A stretch of 11,902 bases of DNA, taken from assembly GCA_964035545.1 (NCBI GenBank), contig CAXIUT010000038.1, positions 1-11,902 on the forward strand. Direction: 5' to 3'. A program made the position numbers and the translations under genes. Below the pieces are notes generated by a model. That model ran no database searches, was not told the origin of the DNA, and saw only the letters and a program-made list of their open reading frames with translations. Shown here piece by piece: positions 10,139 to 11,902 of this stretch; position 1 is the first letter of the stretch, and every line of letters starts with the position of its first letter. Source of the stretch: Bugula neritina (Eukaryota; Animalia; Bryozoa).

Positions 10139-10764
10139 ATGTCCAAAATAGAGGATTAATCATCTAACACAGCCACACAAATCAAACTCATAGCTGTCGG
10201 AGATTCAGGTGTAGGAAAAACTTCCATCCTCACACGCTTCACATATTAAAAATTCAATGACTACAGTTAACCCACTCTAGGAGCCGCATTTCTCACGAAA
10301 AAACATATTCTACCCAGCAATAAAACCCTAGAATTTCATGTACATGCTCTTTCATTCAGATTTGGGATACAGCAGGACAGTAAAAATATAGATCTATTGC
10401 TCCCATCTACTATCGATAAGCTAAAATTGCTCTTTGTGTCTATGATATCACCTCTCAAAGAAGTTACGAAGTAATGAAAAAATGGGTTGAAGAGCTTCAA
10501 GCAAATGGACCCAAAGATATGGTTCTGGCTGTAGTGGGAAACAAAATAGATAGATGTGATGAAGAATAAGTAGATTATGCTGCTGTCAAAGAGTATGCCT
10601 CAAGTCTAGGAGCTGTGTTGAAACTAGTCAGTGCTAAGGAAGGTAAAAATATATCTGATTTGTTCAATACAGTAGGATAAATGGTCATGAAAGGAAAAAT
10701 GACCCAGAATGGAACAGGAACTAAGGTCACAAAAAATCCACCCAAAAAGAAAGGATGTTGCTGA
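10139..10764 (+). CDS. Rab GTPase of the Rab5/Rab21/Rab22 (endosomal) group, 201 aa
   Basis: P-loop GDSGVGKT, switch I PTLGAAFLTK, WDTAGQEKYRSIAPIYYR, GNKID, VSAK, and C-terminal GCC prenylation motif before TGA. 20-nt intron at 10340-10359 (GTACATGCTCTTTCATTCAG). Confidence 0.96.
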
Positions 10765-10897
10765 TTAATTCCATCTTTAACATTATTATTCAAAGTATAT
10801 TATTTTTTAGTCAAAATAAATACTAGTTCCTTCAAAACTAGCAAAAAACTGATAAAAATCTCTTTAAAATAATAAACAAGAATAAAGCACATCCAAA

Positions 10898-11572
10898 TCA
10901 GATTTAAATATCCAAAGCCTGATCATATCTGACAGTAGGCATAACTGAACTCATAAACTTCAAAAAGATAATCAACGCTTGATGAGGTTTTATCTTTTTG
11001 CCTCTGGCCTTAGATTCCTCGATAAATCTTTTCATCACCTCAGAATGCTTACAAGGATGAATGGTTAACATCCTAATTCCCAAAAATGTACAATTCTATT
11101 CAGTTACCGTCTCATTCTGATACTCAGAGTATATATCTTCAAATATTTCTTTAGAAGTTAAAGGTTTACCATTATAGTCGTTTCCCTTTATCCATAAACG
11201 AGGAGTGTAGTAGTATTCGTCATAAGATACGTAAACATCGTATTTACGGAAGTCTTATTACTTCTCTTCTAAGTCTTCATCTCCACCGATCTCAACAAAT
11301 CCATACTCATCTTTGTTCTTGCTTTCAACTATCTGTTGCTTAGTTAGTCTTTTTATTCTTTGAGATGAAGTGGCAGGACAAGATAGATATTGCTTTTATG
11401 GGTTTTGTAGAAGTTTGCTTGGTTTGATTGCTTTATGCCATTTCCATCCGAAGTTTGTGAGTTGTTCTCCAGCTGTAAGGAACTGTTCCGGAGAAAGAAC
11501 TCCTTTACCTTCGAAGTCTTTATCTGATGGCGTAAACTTAGAGTTAACAAAGTTTTTGATTCCGTCAAACAT
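10898..11572 (-). CDS. ATG3: Autophagy E2-like enzyme ATG3, 224 aa, intronless
   Basis: GVLSPEQFLTAGEQL, KQYL, RKYDVYVSYDEYYYTPRLW, EIFEDI, catalytic TIHPCKHSEVMK, and the C-terminal FLKFMSSVMPT motif are all ATG3 hallmarks. Confidence 0.96.
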
Positions 11573-11626
11573 GAGATATAAATTATTATTAAAAAGTAAA
11601 AAAAGATGAATATAAACTATCATACA

Positions 11627-11757
11627 GGGGTTGGGGTTGGGGTTGGGGTTGGGGTTGGGGTTGGGGTTGGGGTTGGGGTTGGGGTTGGGGTTGGGGTTGG
11701 GGTTGGGGTTGGGGTTGGGGTTGGGGTTGGGGTTGGGGTTGGGGTTGGGGTTGGGTT
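11627..11757 (+). repeat. Internal (GGGGTT)n telomeric tract
   Basis: 21 perfect G4T2 units plus a final GGGTT, starting 54 nt upstream of the ATG3 start codon. Confidence 0.95.
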
Positions 11758-11821
11758 GTGATTCATCTTATTAATTCATTTAATTAAAATCTACTATATC
11801 ATAACTATGTCAAAACAAGAA

Positions 11822-11902
11822 GGGGTTGGGGTTGGGGTTGGGGTTGGGGTTGGGGTTGGGGTTGGGGTTGGGGTTGGGGTTGGGGTTGGGGTTGGGGTTG
11901 GG
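11822..11902 (+). repeat. Terminal right telomere, (GGGGTT)n
   Basis: Perfect G4T2 array running to the end of the window. Confidence 0.97.

Noticed and set aside
231-11572. Canonical ciliate code (TAR=Gln) or multiple pseudogenes with premature stops
   Set aside because: TAA sits at invariant Glu sites (WDTAGQE, APE), and the frames remain open and conserved across many TAR codons.
1528-11623. Remaining standard-code ORFs (e.g. 1528-1899, 2551-2769, 3295-3489, 4926-5120, 6847-7038, 7561-7788, 7578-7760, 8156-8377, 10575-10793, 11353-11568, 11370-11609)
   Set aside because: They are antisense or off-frame to genes defined under TAR=Glu. ORFs 2114-2329, 3340-3534, 7315-7500 and 11396-11623 are only fragments of real genes.

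Overview
This is a telomere-to-telomere ciliate macronuclear minichromosome of about 11.5 kb, with (CCCCAA)n on the left and (GGGGTT)n on the right. It does not use the standard genetic code, so the supplied ORF track is mostly fragments. Conserved motifs show that TAA and TAG encode Glu and only TGA is stop (the peritrich-type code, NCBI table 30). Retranslating by hand and removing tiny introns (almost all exactly 20 nt, GTA...AG) gives 12 densely packed genes: ATG3, a Rab5/21/22-like GTPase, a twin-CX3C small-Tim-like protein, a ciliate SHHQK-type Myb, a membrane RING-H2 ligase, a tail-anchored pseudokinase, a tandem pair of His/Gly-rich microproteins, and four coiled-coil or unknown proteins. 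The oddities are a doubled right telomere enclosing a 64-nt unique insert, intergenic gaps of only 10-29 nt, and one unexplained 1.1-kb AT-rich gap. All calls come from manual reading; no database searches were run.
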